Part shown: piece by piece, positions 24,701 through 39,570 of the stretch
Layout: every line of letters starts with the position of its first letter
How positions within the stretch are numbered: the first letter of the stretch is position 1
NCBI RefSeq assembly: GCF_009914755.1
Contig: NC_060931.1
Direction: 5' to 3' (one strand)
Source of the DNA: the human T2T-CHM13v2.0 reference genome, Homo sapiens
DNA: 64,000 nt
The notes under the pieces: generated by a model
What the model was told of the DNA's origin: nothing
Seen by the model: the letters and a program-made list of their open reading frames with translations, nothing else
Database searches by the model: none
Program-made: the position numbers and the translations under genes

Positions 24701-25666
24701 TTTCCTAAAGTTAGGGATTTTTTTTTTGTTTGCTTGTTGTTTACGTAGTTTTCTATATACCTATCATGAATTCTCCCTCAAAATCTGCAACAAAACCTAA
24801 AATGGCTTTCAATTCTGCCACCCTCTTCAGGGAATGTATCAGTTCAAATTGTTATTCTTTTTTTGGAGACATGCTCCTTAGAGCCTCCTGTTCCTGCCTG
24901 GAAGGGCTGCTCTCCAGGTCTCCCCAGCTATCATTCTAGAACTGTCCTTCCTCATCTTGTTGAAGGTTTTCTTCTCCTCTCTTTCTAATCAACTCCACTG
25001 TGTCTTGGAGGCAATGGCTTCCAACTTCTTTGCTAACTTCCTTGTTTGGGTGTAGCACACTCTCCAGTAACTTCCTGAAAAGCATATACAGAAGGTAGAG
25101 TTTGTGACTCCTTTTATGTCTGATTGTGTATTTATTTCACTTTTATTTACTCTTTGTTTTATCTACAAGATGGATAGTTTGGTTAGGTATGATATTCTAG
25201 GTTGCAAAAAAATTTCTCTCAAAGAGTTTGAAGGCATTGCTCAGTTGTTTTCCCATTTCCAGTATTTGCTGTTGAAAGGTCTCATGCCATGCTCAGTCCT
25301 TGTCCTTTGTCCTTTGTATGTGACCCGTTCTCCCCCTTGTTTTTAGTTTTTTCTGCCCCTGATATTCTGAATTTCATGATCATGTGCGTTGGTATGGATT
25401 CTCTATGAGTTGTCCTATGATTCATGGGTGTTTCAAAGCAGAGACTCATATCCTTGGGTTCTAGAAAATCTTGTATCATCTCTTTGAAAAATCTCCTCCT
25501 TTTGCTTTCACTTGCTGGAACTCCTGTTAGTAAGGGGTTAGCGCTTAATGATTTGAACCTCCCATTTCATATAAAAGATATTTATATCTCTCTTATTTTC
25601 TAACTTGTCATCTTGTTCTATTTTCCAAAAGATGTTTTCAACTTAATCTTTCAGCCTTTCAATTGA

Positions 25667-25999
<333 letters not shown>

Positions 26000-26030
26000 T
26001 AAGCTATGATATTTTTCTTTTTACTTTCTA

Positions 26031-26373
<343 letters not shown>

Positions 26374-27329
26374 TGTATTATGTTCTTCCCCATTCTGCCC
26401 GCCAACCCCATGTATCCAATATATTTTATTAATTTTCTAAGGGTATTAGCTGTATTTTTAGTTTTTTCTCATATTTGTCTCTGTTTCCTTGAAGTCTCTG
26501 TCTCTGTCTATCTAGTCATTTCCTAGCTCCTCCTCTCTGGCTGATGTCTTTCATGTAGAAGACATTTCTAAAATGTTTGGGGACCCTTGGCAGGAGTCCA
26601 TATTTAAGACAGAGGCACCAACAATCTGACAGGAGAGTATGTGTGCATAGACAGGGCTTGTCCTGGCATGGGCTTTCCTGGAGGTGATCAGGTGGCAAGT
26701 CCAAGTGCTTCTAGGTCTTTTTCCTCTTGGGCTGGTTAGCTTTTCCAGAGAGGAGCTATCTAATTTCTCTCTGGGGATGGTTAGTGTTCTGCAAGTGGAG
26801 TAGCAGCTAGGGGCTGGAGTCCCACAATTCTGTGCATAATCCCCTGTTTTCAGTATGGTGTCTCATCCTCCACCCTGCTTCACAGCCCCAGAGTCACCAA
26901 GACCTGAGACTCTGGGTGCATTTCTTGTGAGAGTAAACTTTCCATCCTCAGCCAGGTGGGAAGGGAATTTAAGAGTGCAATGGGGAGTGTTTAAGTCCTT
27001 TTTTAAGGAGATGTTCACCACTCCTTCTGTGTCCAGCCTCACTCCTGCTTTCGGAGGAACTGGGTGCTCTACGTCCTGAGCCTTTCCGGGTGCCCAGGTG
27101 AAATCCATCCCCTGACAAGCACTTAGCTTTCCGCCTTCTCAGCTCTGCCAAGGCATTTACTGTTCCTCCACTTTCCTTTTCAAACATATTGCTTCCCGTT
27201 GTCTCCTCTGGTTGTCTGTTCCTGTCAGTGGGGGCTTTGCAGGGGTCTGTGTAGAGAACATAAATGACCGTGGAAGATCCAGAAGTCTCCTGAAGGCCAT
27301 CTAGTCAGGGCCTCATAAGCCTCCTGGCC

Positions 27330-28225
27330 CCTCTCCATGCTGACGACCCCTGGTTCCACTCACCAGCCCAGCTCTCTCCTCAGAGGCCTGGGTGCATGGT
27401 GTGGACCACAGGCCCCTCACATTCAACATCCCTGAAGCTGATCTCATCCCCACTCCCTCCAAAGCTGCTCTTTCTCTTGTGTCCTGCCATAGGGGATACC
27501 CCTGCCATTCACCTTATGCATCCCACCAAGACACGCAGCTGTCACGCACTTCAAATTCCACTTCCTCTTGACTCTGGTCACCCCCTTTCACTGCCACCTT
27601 GATCAGTCTGGCCCATGCATCGGTTCTCCACTGGACTGCAGCTGCCTCTTAAGTGGTTTCGTTCTCCCAAGTCTGGCTCAGAGAGACACCTCTCCATCTC
27701 ATCATGCTGCTCATGCCCAAATACACAAGGAAGCTCCCCCGCAGTTCCTCACTGCCCCAGCCCAGGAGGCTTGTCATCAGGCCCGTCTGCTGCATCCCCA
27801 CTTCCCACCTTGAGTGCTCTGGAGTCCAAATAGTGCTCATCACACTTGACGTCTCACCTCGAGCCCTCAGAGTTGTCCCTGTCTCTTCTCCCTATTCCTT
27901 CCCTGTATCTTCTGTCTTCTCCTTCTCCTCGCCTCTTTTCCTCTGCCCGACCTCCCTTCTTCATCGGGTGTCAGCTTAAATGTCACTCCCCCAGGAAGCC
28001 TTCTGCAACTCTGCAGCCCTCCCCACCTCACCAAAATTGCATGGGTGCCCCTTCTGCCCATCCTTCTTCATACTGCAACATCCTCCCCTGGTCTTGTCCT
28101 GTCTTCCCATCACGCTGCAAGCTCTGTGAAAGCAGGCTCCTGACTGCCCTGCCCAGGGTGTGTGAACCTGCCCACCCTGCCTCCAGAGGCTGGCCTAGTG
28201 CTCGGCAGAAAGCAGGCATGGAGTT
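27330..28225 (+). mobile_element. L2 fragment
   Basis: cacattcaacatccctgaagctgatctcatc...cagcttaaatgtcactcccccaggaagccttct...ctgcaagctctgtgaaagcagg. Confidence 0.7.
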
Positions 28226-28235
28226 GTTAAACCTG

Positions 28236-28350
28236 TTAATTAATGTTATAGTTAATTTATAATTATATATAGACTGTATGTTACGTATTCATATAAATAT
28301 ATTTTATATATAATTATACAGGTTATAAATTAATGTTACAAGGTATTTAG
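28236..28350. repeat. AT-rich low-complexity tract
   Basis: ttaattaatgttatagttaatttataattatatatag... Confidence 0.7.
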
Positions 28351-29460
28351 TGTTCAATTAAATACTTGTTAAATTATGGATGGGTGAAGTCCACTGTGGT
28401 CTGGGCAGTGGGCAGCGTTTTACCTGAGGAGGGAGAACTGCCTTGGTTTTCAGGAGCCTGTGATGAGTGAGAAGTCCCTGCCAATTACTGTGCCCTGGCC
28501 TCAGAGGGACCCAGATCTGGGTCACCATGGACCCCAAGGAGAAAGGTGTGTCCAGAGTAAGCAGGGACATTTCTTCTGCTGCTCTTGCTGTGACGGTGGC
28601 TGTGCCCCTCCTGTCACACCTCTCTGCTTTCACAGTCTTCCCATCGCAGCTCTAATTGGGACCCCAGAGAGGCTGGGCACAGATCCAGGGCTGGGTGGGT
28701 GGGGAAACTGTCACTAGCATGTGCCAACTCCTCCGCCTCCACCTGGGCCTCAGTGAGAAGCTCAGTGAGGTGCAGCCACCTCAGTGGGGAACAGTCCCTG
28801 GCAATGCACCAGCCCTTTCCCCATTGCCACTGCCACTGCTGTCACTGCTTCCCCCATAGCCTCTTAATGAAACATCATCTCCCAGTATTTCCCCAAACCA
28901 CCTTCTTCTCACTATTCCTACCACCCCTGCCAGCCATAGATTAGGCTCCAGCATGTCTGGTCTATGTTTTATTTGCCCCCACCGGGCACATTGCCTGTGC
29001 TGGGTGGGCAGGAGGCAGGAGCACAGGATGGCCAAGGGCAGAGACTTTGGAGCAGCTGCCTGGATTTGAAAACCAGAGTCCCATCACTGCTCCATGCCTC
29101 AGTGTTCTCACCTACAAAACCTGTATGAATATAACACTAGCAAATTAGATTGTTGTACGGATTAAACCAGCTGGTGCATGCAAAGTGCTTAGAACTGTGT
29201 CCAGCACACATAAGCCTTACAAAAGTTTTGCCAATTATCACAAAGTGGGCACTCAAGAAAGATTTGCTGGGTGGAATTGTGTCAGGGTGCTGGAGGTGGG
29301 CTGTCCCTTTGGCTCTGGACAGCCATAGCTTCCTGGCAGGTCCCCTTGTGTCCTGCTAACCCCCTCCCAATCTGCCCTCTCCACTGTTGGATTGCCAAGG
29401 CTTTCAGGAGCCTGAGCTTTACATGCTCTGGCCCCTTCCCACTTCTCTGTTTTTCTCAGC

Positions 29461-29563
29461 CATACACACACAAACATGTGCACACACACATGCATGTATA
29501 TGCACACATGCGCACACACACATATGTACACACAAGGTACATATATATGCACATGCACACACA
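29461..29563. repeat. Degenerate (CA)/(TA)/(CATG) purine-pyrimidine repeat
   Basis: catacacacacaaacatgtgcacacacacatgcatgtatatgcac... Confidence 0.85.
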
Positions 29564-30038
29564 CCCTTCCCATGGGTCCCCCATGCTCCTGGCTGTTCCC
29601 ATCCTCTAGGCTTTGCTAGGTCCTCTCTGCCTGCCAGCTGCTGCCCCTGCTTTTTGCCCCATGAGGTCCTCATGCTGGCTTTGGTTCTGTTGTCACTTTC
29701 TCTGGGATGCCTCTTCTGCTCAGATAGCTCACATTCAGGGAGAGCCGAATCATACTCACCCACCTCATTACTCTCACCTGAAGCTCCCTAAGGAGACCTT
29801 CCATCTCCCATGCAGTGATGGAGCCGTACCTGTTTACCTGGGGGTCTCCCTATCTGTCAGTGAGCATCTAAAGCCCCTGTTGGATGTTAGGGGCAGGTGT
29901 AAATCCCATAGGGCACAGCATCTTCCTTCTGTCTCTTAGCTTCCCTCCCCAGGCTCAGGGGCCACGGGGCCCCAGGTAGAGGCAGCTCCTTGACCTGCCC
30001 CCATTGGCTGGGCCTTGGCCACCTGCTGGGGCTCAGCA

Positions 30039-30054
30039 CCCCCCCCCCCCCCCC
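30039..30054 (+). repeat. Poly(C)16
   Basis: 16 consecutive C. Confidence 0.95.
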
Positions 30055-33000
30055 GCCACCTGCCTCTGCTCCTGACCTCCATGCCCACCACCTATCCTTC
30101 CTCCTCACCCTTCCTTCCTTCATTCCACAACCTGAATTGGAAGCCTGGGGTCCGATGTGAAGGCGAAGTCCCACTGAGGTGCAGTCTGGTGGGACATCAT
30201 CATGCCATGCTCTCCACCACTGTTCATCCAATTCTCTCCTTGTTCAGGAGGCTGAGGCCCAGGGAGGAGACACTGTGCTGAGGGAGCTGAGGGCAGAGCT
30301 AGGCCTAGACGCCACTTCTCTCCACTCACAGGTCCAAATATGGGCCCTAAGGCTCACTATCTGCCCTTTCCCATCACCTCAGTCCCACTGTTCCTCCCCC
30401 AACACTCCTCCCCGCTCCTGCTGCCCAACCACTGCTTTTCAGAAGCTGTCCCACCCTAGGGGAATGGGATGGAGGGCAAGATGTTGGTGATGACTGTCCT
30501 TCAGCTCACATGGTGAGCATTCAGGCAGTGGCCCATGCTGGTGGTTTGTCCCCTGAAGGGACTGGTGTGGGCAGGGGCTGGGGTTGGGCAGAGAGTCAGA
30601 CTCACTCCCTTCTTCATCTTGTGCGATCTCAGAGAAGTAGAAAATGCTCCCAGATGTTCAGCCTGGCTCCTCAAGACTTAAATGCCACTGTCACAGGCCC
30701 GCTCCTCATGCCACTTGAAGCCTTATCAGTCACTTATACTTTGGTGTGAATGAAGGAAGGGGGCTAGGGAGTGAAGTGGGAGGATTTAGGGAACCAGAAA
30801 GGGAGACGCCTTGTCTGAAGTCACACAGCCTGGGCCAGGCAGAGCGGGGCAGCTTCTGAACCTACATACCTGGGCTACAGCTGCTCCTCTGAGCCTTGCA
30901 CTGCCCCCTCCCCCGCAGTCCTCTGCTCACCATCCTGAATAGCGCCAGATCAGATGGACACTATTAAGAAGCTCTGGGTCAGCTGTAAGCCACCAGTGAG
31001 CATGCAGAAAATGGAGTGCAGCCCAGGAGGGAAAATGGAAAAGTCCCTTTGGAATTGCCCCACCCACTCTGCTTCTGGTTCCTTGCAGATTACCAAATTT
31101 CCAGCACTGTGCTTTTTTGGGGGGATATAGGGGAAGGGCCTTGCCCCACTTCCCTCTTAGTGGAGGGTGGAGTTTTGTTGTTTTTGCAGTGTTTTTGGCA
31201 TCAAAGGTGAACTCTGGTTGTCATGGGAACTCCAGCAGAGGGAGGAAGGGAGAGGGCCTGAGGAGGCTGAATTAATTTCAGTTTCGGCTGGTTCTCCAAG
31301 GGGGAATCTGCGGGGGGTAAAGAGTGAGGGTCCCAGGAAAGACCCTCACCCAGGAAGGCCCCTTAGTGCCCCACGTCTCACATGCCCAGCCTGGCTCCAG
31401 GAGGCTCCCGCGTCTGCCATGCAGGCGTTCTTCCTTTTGGGAGGAGGCATGGGCTTCCCCTGCTGCCACAGGAGGTTCTGGGTCTAGAGAAGGTTGTCTT
31501 AGCATGGGTGAAGAAAGGGGATGAGGGAGCCCCCCAGAGAATGTCAGCAGGCTGGGGACCTGTGCAGACCCTTCAGTCCTGTTGGGGCAGCAGGGAGCAG
31601 CAAGTAGGGCAGGGCCAGGTGGTCTCTGAGTGGCTTGAGAACCCTGACTCAATTGCTAGAAGCCTCAGGCTGGGACATCCAATAAGAGCACAGGACCAGG
31701 CAAGTGGTGGGTCGACATGTTGTACTTTCCAAGGAAATAGTCCCCTTTTGCTATCTTTTGTAAAACACACATGTCCTCTCATCCTCCAGTTCAATTTTCT
31801 ACCTTTGATAGTGACACAGTGATAGAGTAATCAATCTCTACTAAAGCAACAGCTCAGGTCCAGTGGTAGATGCCAGCTGGCGTTAGGGATGGGGAGCAAT
31901 GGGGATTGGTGAGGAGTGTGGTTAAGGGGAGAGCTTTGGTTCTGGATGAGGGGACTGTTCTACACGCTGCATCTGACTGCTGTCACATGCTGGGTCAATG
32001 CTGCCAGATTGTCCAACTGCTCAGACGAAGCCAGAAATACAGATTATGTGGACTTCCCTGATGTGTGCCTTTTTCCTTACTATAGTCCTCATTCCAGCTT
32101 CCTCTGCCCACGTAGGCCCAAGCCTTCTCAAGATCATGGATGAGGGAAACCTTGCTGTTACCTTGAACAGTTAAGATAAACCAAGCCCTTAGAAATGGTC
32201 TTATTTGTCTCATCCTGCTACAGATAGGGAAACTGGGGCCCAGTGGGGCAGAGACCTCCTTAGCCAAAGGCACTGGATGGGTTAGTAGTAAGCCGCAGCT
32301 GGAGGTATCCAGGGCAGATAAACAGAAGGATGACCCAAGAATGCATGTGCTCCTGTGAGTACGTGACAAGCGATGTGTCCCATCAGGGTGAGACGAGACC
32401 ACAAAGGTGTGGGAATGATGTTAATTTTAGCCCACATTTATTGGGACAGGTACCAGAACAAGCAGAGTTTGGGTCTATTGAAAAGATATTTTATTTTTGT
32501 ACCACACAGGCCCTTTAAACTGTATTATGGGAGAAATCCTTGCTTGCTTTATGAGCTGAAAACTCAGGTAGGTCCCATGTTTTTTCTGCTCACTCCTGTG
32601 TCACAGACAAAATGTTCATTAAAATTCTGAAATTGATTTAATGGCACTTCTTTTCCCCATGCCAGACTCAGGGCTGGAACCTGCAGTGGAAGGGGCAGGG
32701 GGTGAGGACATGGCCAGTTTCTTTGTTCTCCTTGGCCTTCTCTCTTCCAGCCGCCCTCCAGTTTATAAGCCAGTTTCTGACCCCTCCTGGGTGTGGGTAG
32801 GGCAGGAGGGAGGTGGGAGAGAGGGCTGGTAATGGGAGGCAAAGTCTTGCTGGAACTGGCTTTGCACACTCTCTGGGCCTGGCAGGTGGGTAGCACTGGC
32901 TCTTCTTCTGCAATACTCAGTGGGGGCCACCTCTATTCTGCCCCCCTGGGGAAGGAGATGGCATTCATCATGGGTAGCAATGCCCACCCCACAGCCCACC

Positions 33001-34894
33001 ACAGCCACAGGACCCACATCATCTGGGGCATCCCAAGGAACTTGATCTGTGCCTCATATAGCCTCTCTTGGTCTTAGTTTCCTCATCTGTTAAATAAAGA
33101 GCCTTGTATAAGGTTGTCTTTCTGTGGCGAGGAGCAGTCAGGTCCTCCAAGGAGCGGGGGCAAGAGAGTTAGCCTTTTCTCCTGGCTCTCACCTGGGCTC
33201 AAGCAGAAGACCAAAGCCACTTCTGAGCTGCTGGGGGACTCCTGAGTTCATCCCCCCACCACCTCCCAGGACCTTTAGAGCTCCTGCTATCTGCCAGGGG
33301 CCCCTCCTGGCTCCTGTGGTCTCCCACTTCCTACAACTTCATGAACAAGGAGGGAGGTCAGAAGGCCCCACCCTCACCCACACTTCCTCCATAGCACCAC
33401 CAATGCCAGCAGGAGGAGCAGCTGACCATTCAGGGGTGGGGCGGTGGGGGCTGTGGGGAGGGCCTGGGAAGATGTGAGGCAGGAGTACTTGACACCAGGT
33501 GATGCTCTGGACTTTCTCCTCCTCCTTGTCCCCCATCTCCTGACCCTAGCCTGTCACCCAGGACAAGGCCATGATGATAGGAAGCTGGCTATGGATCAGA
33601 GTGAGGACACTAGAGGGCCAAGTCAGTGCCCAGATATGAGGTGCAGGGGTACAGGGTGAGGGGCCCAGCTGGAAGCTGGTGCTAGTCTTGGTGGAGGAGA
33701 ATTTGCTATGAAAGAGAGGATAATGGGTGGAGGCTTCCCAGCTGGGAGGGGAGAACTCTGTGCTTTCTTTCCACCTCAGTCAGAGAGCTACAGAAGCAGC
33801 GTCTTCCCTTCCTTGTTTGTACCCCTGGCCTCCCTGGGCATCAGCCGTGCTGGCTGGGGACAGGAGTGTGGGGTGGGGTAGAGATTGGGTGGGAGATGGG
33901 TCCATCCCCAGGAGTTTCTGATCCTCCTTCAAGCCTCAGCACAGATATCATAAATGCCCTTGTAGGTAGGTCATCAACACATCCATGTTCAAAAGAGATG
34001 AATCAGCTCAGGGTGATCAGGAAGTGCACCAGGAGGCTTTCCAAATACCAGAGAACAGGCCCATTCCTCAGGCTCTGTGAGCCTCTCTATGGAAGCCTCT
34101 ATATGCCCTTCGCACACTGAGAGGAATTGCCACTCCTCTGCCACCCGGGGCCTGGGCTGTGTCCTTTTCATCTCTGACCCCCAGGCCCAGGCCTCATACC
34201 TGGCACAGAATAGGCATTGGATTGGTGCTTGCAGAATGAATGAATGAATGCAGGAGGAAGGTAGATGGAAAGAAGAGAGGAGAGAGAGAAGGGGCAGGTG
34301 TCCTGGAGGAGAGGCTAGGCGTGGGTGTCACTTCTGGCCAGCTGGGACCCTCTGGCCAGAAGTGACCAGAGAAGGTGGGGCGGGGGTCCAGGATGTTTGA
34401 GCCCAAGATCTGCCCATGCTGGCTTTTGTGCTGTAAGCTCTGCAGCCAGAGTGAGCAGCAACACACTTTCCTCATTCTCACACTCTGCCCTTGTCTGGGA
34501 GGGGAAGCCACTTTCGTGGGGGAGGGGCAGGTAGACATATGGAGATTTGGGGAAACACAAAAGGGAGAGAGCAGGAGGTGTGAGCCAGAGGCAGCTCCAG
34601 GTGGAACAGGATGGAGGGAGGGGAAGAGTAGGGTGGAGACCTGGAGAAAAGAAAGAGGCCAAGAGGGAGGCAGAAGGGAGAAGCAATGGAGGGCCTGGGA
34701 GGGTTTTGTTCTCCCCATTCCTTACCCTTGGTCAGACAAAACAGAATCTCCCTGTTTATAGGAAATGCTAAAGTGTACCTTCTTCAGGAATGACTCCTGG
34801 TTTGCATGAGCTGGTGACCACTCTGAGCCATCCAGGTTCATTCCCTCTCTCTCCAGGTGTCTGGTCCTTGGAGTCATGGGGCATTGAGTGGTCT

Positions 34895-35441
<547 letters not shown>

Positions 35442-37571
35442 GAATATGTACTATTATTGCTTGGGGTGCTTCAAACAGATGCAGAGACAGCAGGCCACAT
35501 TTAACTCCTGCACACCTGTCTCCTTATTCACAGAAAAGAGGAGAATGAGCCTGGCTCAGACAGCCTGCCATGGATGGTGAGAGAATCCATGTTGATGATG
35601 GACTGTAACAGCGACTGTTGCCAATGACTGGCTTCCTCCTTGGCTTTAAAAAACATTTCTCACCCTTTGAGGGAGGTATTAATGTCCATTGTACAGATGA
35701 GGAAACTAAGGCTGAGAGAAGACAGGTAGTTTGCCCAGAGCCACATGGAGGATCTCACCAGCTGGGGAGGCTGGGACTCCCTGTGCCTGAGGAGACTCCT
35801 TTCAATTTGATCTCTGGAGAGAAACCTCAGGGGGTGTTGAGGGCTGGGGACATGGTGGGGAGGAGAGAGGACAGGTTCAGTTCCTGCCCGACAACTCTCA
35901 TTATCTGTCCCATTTATTGCTCCTTGCTGATTCTGAACAGCATGTACTAGGTCTTAATGCTACAATCACCTGCCTATTTGAGGAGAAAATTGGACTAAAA
36001 TGGCCTGGAGCTTTCAGCCTACAGTTCAGGAGAAAGGCGGGTGATGAGCAGCACATGGAGCAGGGAGGAAGAGAATAGCTTCCGAATCAAAGGGTGTCAG
36101 CAAGGCCCGAGAGCAGCCATCAGTCCCAGGTAGATGCTGGGGGAGAAGAAAATGCCAGAGTCAGGGGGCCTGGCCCAGGCTTCTCCTCTGCAAGATGCAG
36201 GCTCCTAAACCCCTCACCCAACAAGACATGGTACAAAACTCTTCCAGAACAACTGGGGGCCCAGAGTTTTTCCCCTGAGACATAAAGCTGTTGTTCAGGC
36301 CAGGTAAGGGCCAATGGCATGAAGTGGTCTTTCCAGATGCTGGAGGGCGGTTTGCCCTGCACTCCCTCCCCCGAGTTCTGGACCCCCTTGGGAGACATCT
36401 CTAATTACATAGTCCCCCGTCCCACAGAGATTGTGCTGTGTCCTAGTTCAAGTGTTGGCTGAGAGTTACTGGCAAGAAGGAGAAGAAGGTCAGGACCCAC
36501 ACCCTGGGGACCACCCTCCTTGAAGGGGAGGGGCGAGGCTTACCCAGGGAGGCAGAGGAGGCGTGGCAGTGGGTGGGATCAAGGAGGCTGAGGGGTGTGG
36601 TCATAGGTGTCCTGTGCTACAGAGACAGAGTAAGGTGAGGCATGAGGCTAGCAGGCCCAGTGACCAGGAGGTCATGGGGACTCTGAGTCCTCCTGGGGGC
36701 AGCTGATGGAAAAGCCCAAGTCTCAGAAGCCAAGTCAGGCCTGCCATTGTCAGCACCCCTTGGGTAGGCTGGGATCTCCAAGCTGTCCTGGGAAGAATGT
36801 GGGGCTGCACTACTCCAGGCCCCCAAAGTCCCATCTTGTGATTATGGATGGGGAAGCTGACTCACAGCAGCTCTACCCTATCCCAGCGCATTTGCCCTGG
36901 GTCTTGGCCAGCTGCCCTCCTACCTACTTTTCTCTCTTCCTCCCACTTTCAGGGCCAGAGGACTAGACCACCACAGGCCTGAGTGTGTCCTCATTCCTGC
37001 CCTCTCCCAGGACTTAGAACTTTCTCTTTCCAGGAGTGCAGGAGTACTCAGACTGAACCTGAATTTTATGCTGCAGCTCAGACCTCTGATTTCATGGATC
37101 GCTTATGACTGGGCTTGGGGGATTAGACTTTTAAGAGGAGGCTCAAGCTGAGACCAGACTTTGAAGTGACAAAGTTCACCAGCAAGTTGGCTATAGGAGC
37201 ACTGGCTGGGGCAGCATGAATGGCTCTATGTTGCCCTCCCCATCACAGTGGTCAAAAATCAGTGCTCACAGCTATGGCAAAGGTTGAGGGAGGGAGTCTA
37301 CACCCTTGGTAGTGGGGAGCTGATAGCACAGCCTCCTTGAGGCACATATAGGGGTCACCTGGTGATCTGGGCAGTGACTGAGTCATCCTTGCAGCCACTG
37401 GGCCTGGAACATCCAGTCCCCACTGGTGGACAGGCACTTATTTGGACCATGTGCCTGTCTGCCTATGTCTGATGTGATCTCCTTCAGGGGCCTATGTTTG
37501 CCTGCAGCACGGAGGCCCTGCAGACGTGGGCTGAGGAGGGGTAAGGGAGGACCCTTGAAATCTATGGCTCC

Positions 37572-38310
37572 TGTATTCGTCCCTTCTCACAATGCTGTAA
37601 AGAAATGTGGGGACTAACAAGAGCGATGCCATTTCTCTACATTGGTGACTGTGTTTTCTACCTTGGTGACGGTGTTCCCAGAAACAAAGCAGGTGTCAAC
37701 CTTGCCCATACTTTTAATAGAGCATAACAACCCTAACCACAACAGAGCCTGATGGCCCTTACCACATCCTTCTCCAGCCCCCAACAGTTCCAACCTGCCA
37801 GCACTTACGCAAACCCTCCCCTATAGAAACTTTATTATAAAAACCTCAGTTTCTAAGTGACAGGGTCTCAGCCACATTCCTGACTGGGACCCCTCACAGG
37901 CTTATTCTTGTAAATAAACCTGTTTGGCCATCAAGTTGCCTTCTTTCTCTCTTCCTTCATATTTTCCTAACAAGAACTACCTGAGACTGGGTAATTTATG
38001 AAGAAAAGAGGTTTAGTTGACTCACAGTTCTGCGGGCTTAACAGGAAGCATGGCTGGGAGGCCTCAGGAAACTTACAATCATGGCAAAAGGCAGAGGGGA
38101 AGCAAGCACCTTCTTCACATGGTGGTAGGAGAGAGCGAGCAAAGGGGGAAATGCCACACACTTTTAAACCATCAGATCTTTTGAGAACTCACTCACTATC
38201 ATGAGAACAGCAAGGGGGAAATCCACCCCCATGATCCAATCACCTCCCACCAGGCCCCTCCTCCAATTCAACATGAGATTTGGGCAGTGACACAAATTCA
38301 AACCATATGA
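37572..38310 (-). mobile_element. MSTA/THE1D-like solo LTR interrupted by a second LTR
   Basis: tgtattcgtcccttctcacaatgctgtaaagaa...ctacctgagactgggtaattt...aaaccatatga; perfect TSD gctcc at 37567-37571 and 38311-38315. Confidence 0.9.
37606..37972 (+). mobile_element. Solo LTR, family not identified (ERV1/MER4-group-like), 367 bp
   Basis: TG...CA termini, tataaaaa near 37837, aataaa near 37913, TSD agaaa/agaac. Confidence 0.8.
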
Positions 38311-39439
38311 GCTCCCTAGACCAATGCCCAAGTCTTGGGTCTTGGGGACAGAGAGTGAGCTCCTACCTGGAGAGGAAAGGGATTCTGGCTTCCACTTTAA
38401 CAACCTCCACCACGTGTGAACCCCTGAACTGTAGCCGCCTCCCCAAGGGATGCCCATATCTTACCCCTGCGCTCAAACGTCCTTCCAAGATCAGGAATGC
38501 CAGGCTATGCCCAGAACCGAGGCTTGCTGGGGGTAGGCAAGCTGGCAACAAGAAAGGCAGAGGGCCTTAAACGTGGAAAGGCCTTTAAAGAAAGTCTTGT
38601 CCAGTGTGGTTTCTCAAACATTTTTAGCAGCTCAAAGGACTGGGCATCTTAGAAGCTCAAATGATTAAAACAGATGAAAGTAGTCAATCTGATCGCAGTG
38701 TGGGTGGAAGGCCTGGGCTCACTTACTGACCCTGCTATTCCTGCCTACCCATATCAGCCACTGAGTGTCCTTGATGAACTCCTAGGGCTCCAGGTAGCAG
38801 AGTTTGAAAAACTGTCTCTTGACTTCAGTCCCTCTGCATTCTATATTTGGCCTGCCTGTTTTATGGATAGGCACACTGAGACTTAAGAAAGAAGGAGTGA
38901 CTTACACAAGGACGTTTGTGGCACAGCCAGGGACAAAAACCCAAGTTCTTGCATCCCAGCCTGATTCCTCCCAGCTGCCTGCTAGAACTCCATCTTCCTG
39001 CCTACTGATTGCATCCCAACAGCTCTGTTTTAAAGAATAATTTTATTGTCCTAATTATGCATTTCAATATTCGAAACCACCTTACATTTGCTCTGGAAGC
39101 AGGAAGAGTAAACATCATAAATGCACATATAAAATCATTATGCTCCCTTTTCGTTTGACTCTGGTATCTGCTCCCTTGTGGGAGGAAATGAAGGAGGCTG
39201 AATTTGGCCCCTGCCCTTGACAAGCTCATGGTCAGGATGAGAGTTTGGAAAGAGAGGGTGGTGGACTCTGGGGCTACCCTCAGGAGCTGCAGGCAGGGTG
39301 GAAAGGGGAGCTCGCACCCTGCCTCAATTGGGTGGGGGCATTCTGTGTAGCTGCAGGGTAAAGGCAGATGACCCACATTTTCTGTGTCACACAGCCTGAA
39401 TGCTATTAAGAAGATGGACTGCCACGTAATAGCTATGAG

Positions 39440-39570
39440 CTTCAGCAAGTTTGCTAACCTCTCTGTGCCTCAGTTTCCTCATCTGCAATTTATCATGTGT
39501 CAATTTATGCAAAACACTTAGCCCTGTATCCAGCATATGGTAAATGCTCACAACGGTTAGCTGATAATAA
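39440..39570 (+). mobile_element. MIR SINE
   Basis: aacctctctgtgcctcagtttcctcatctgcaa. Confidence 0.85.
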
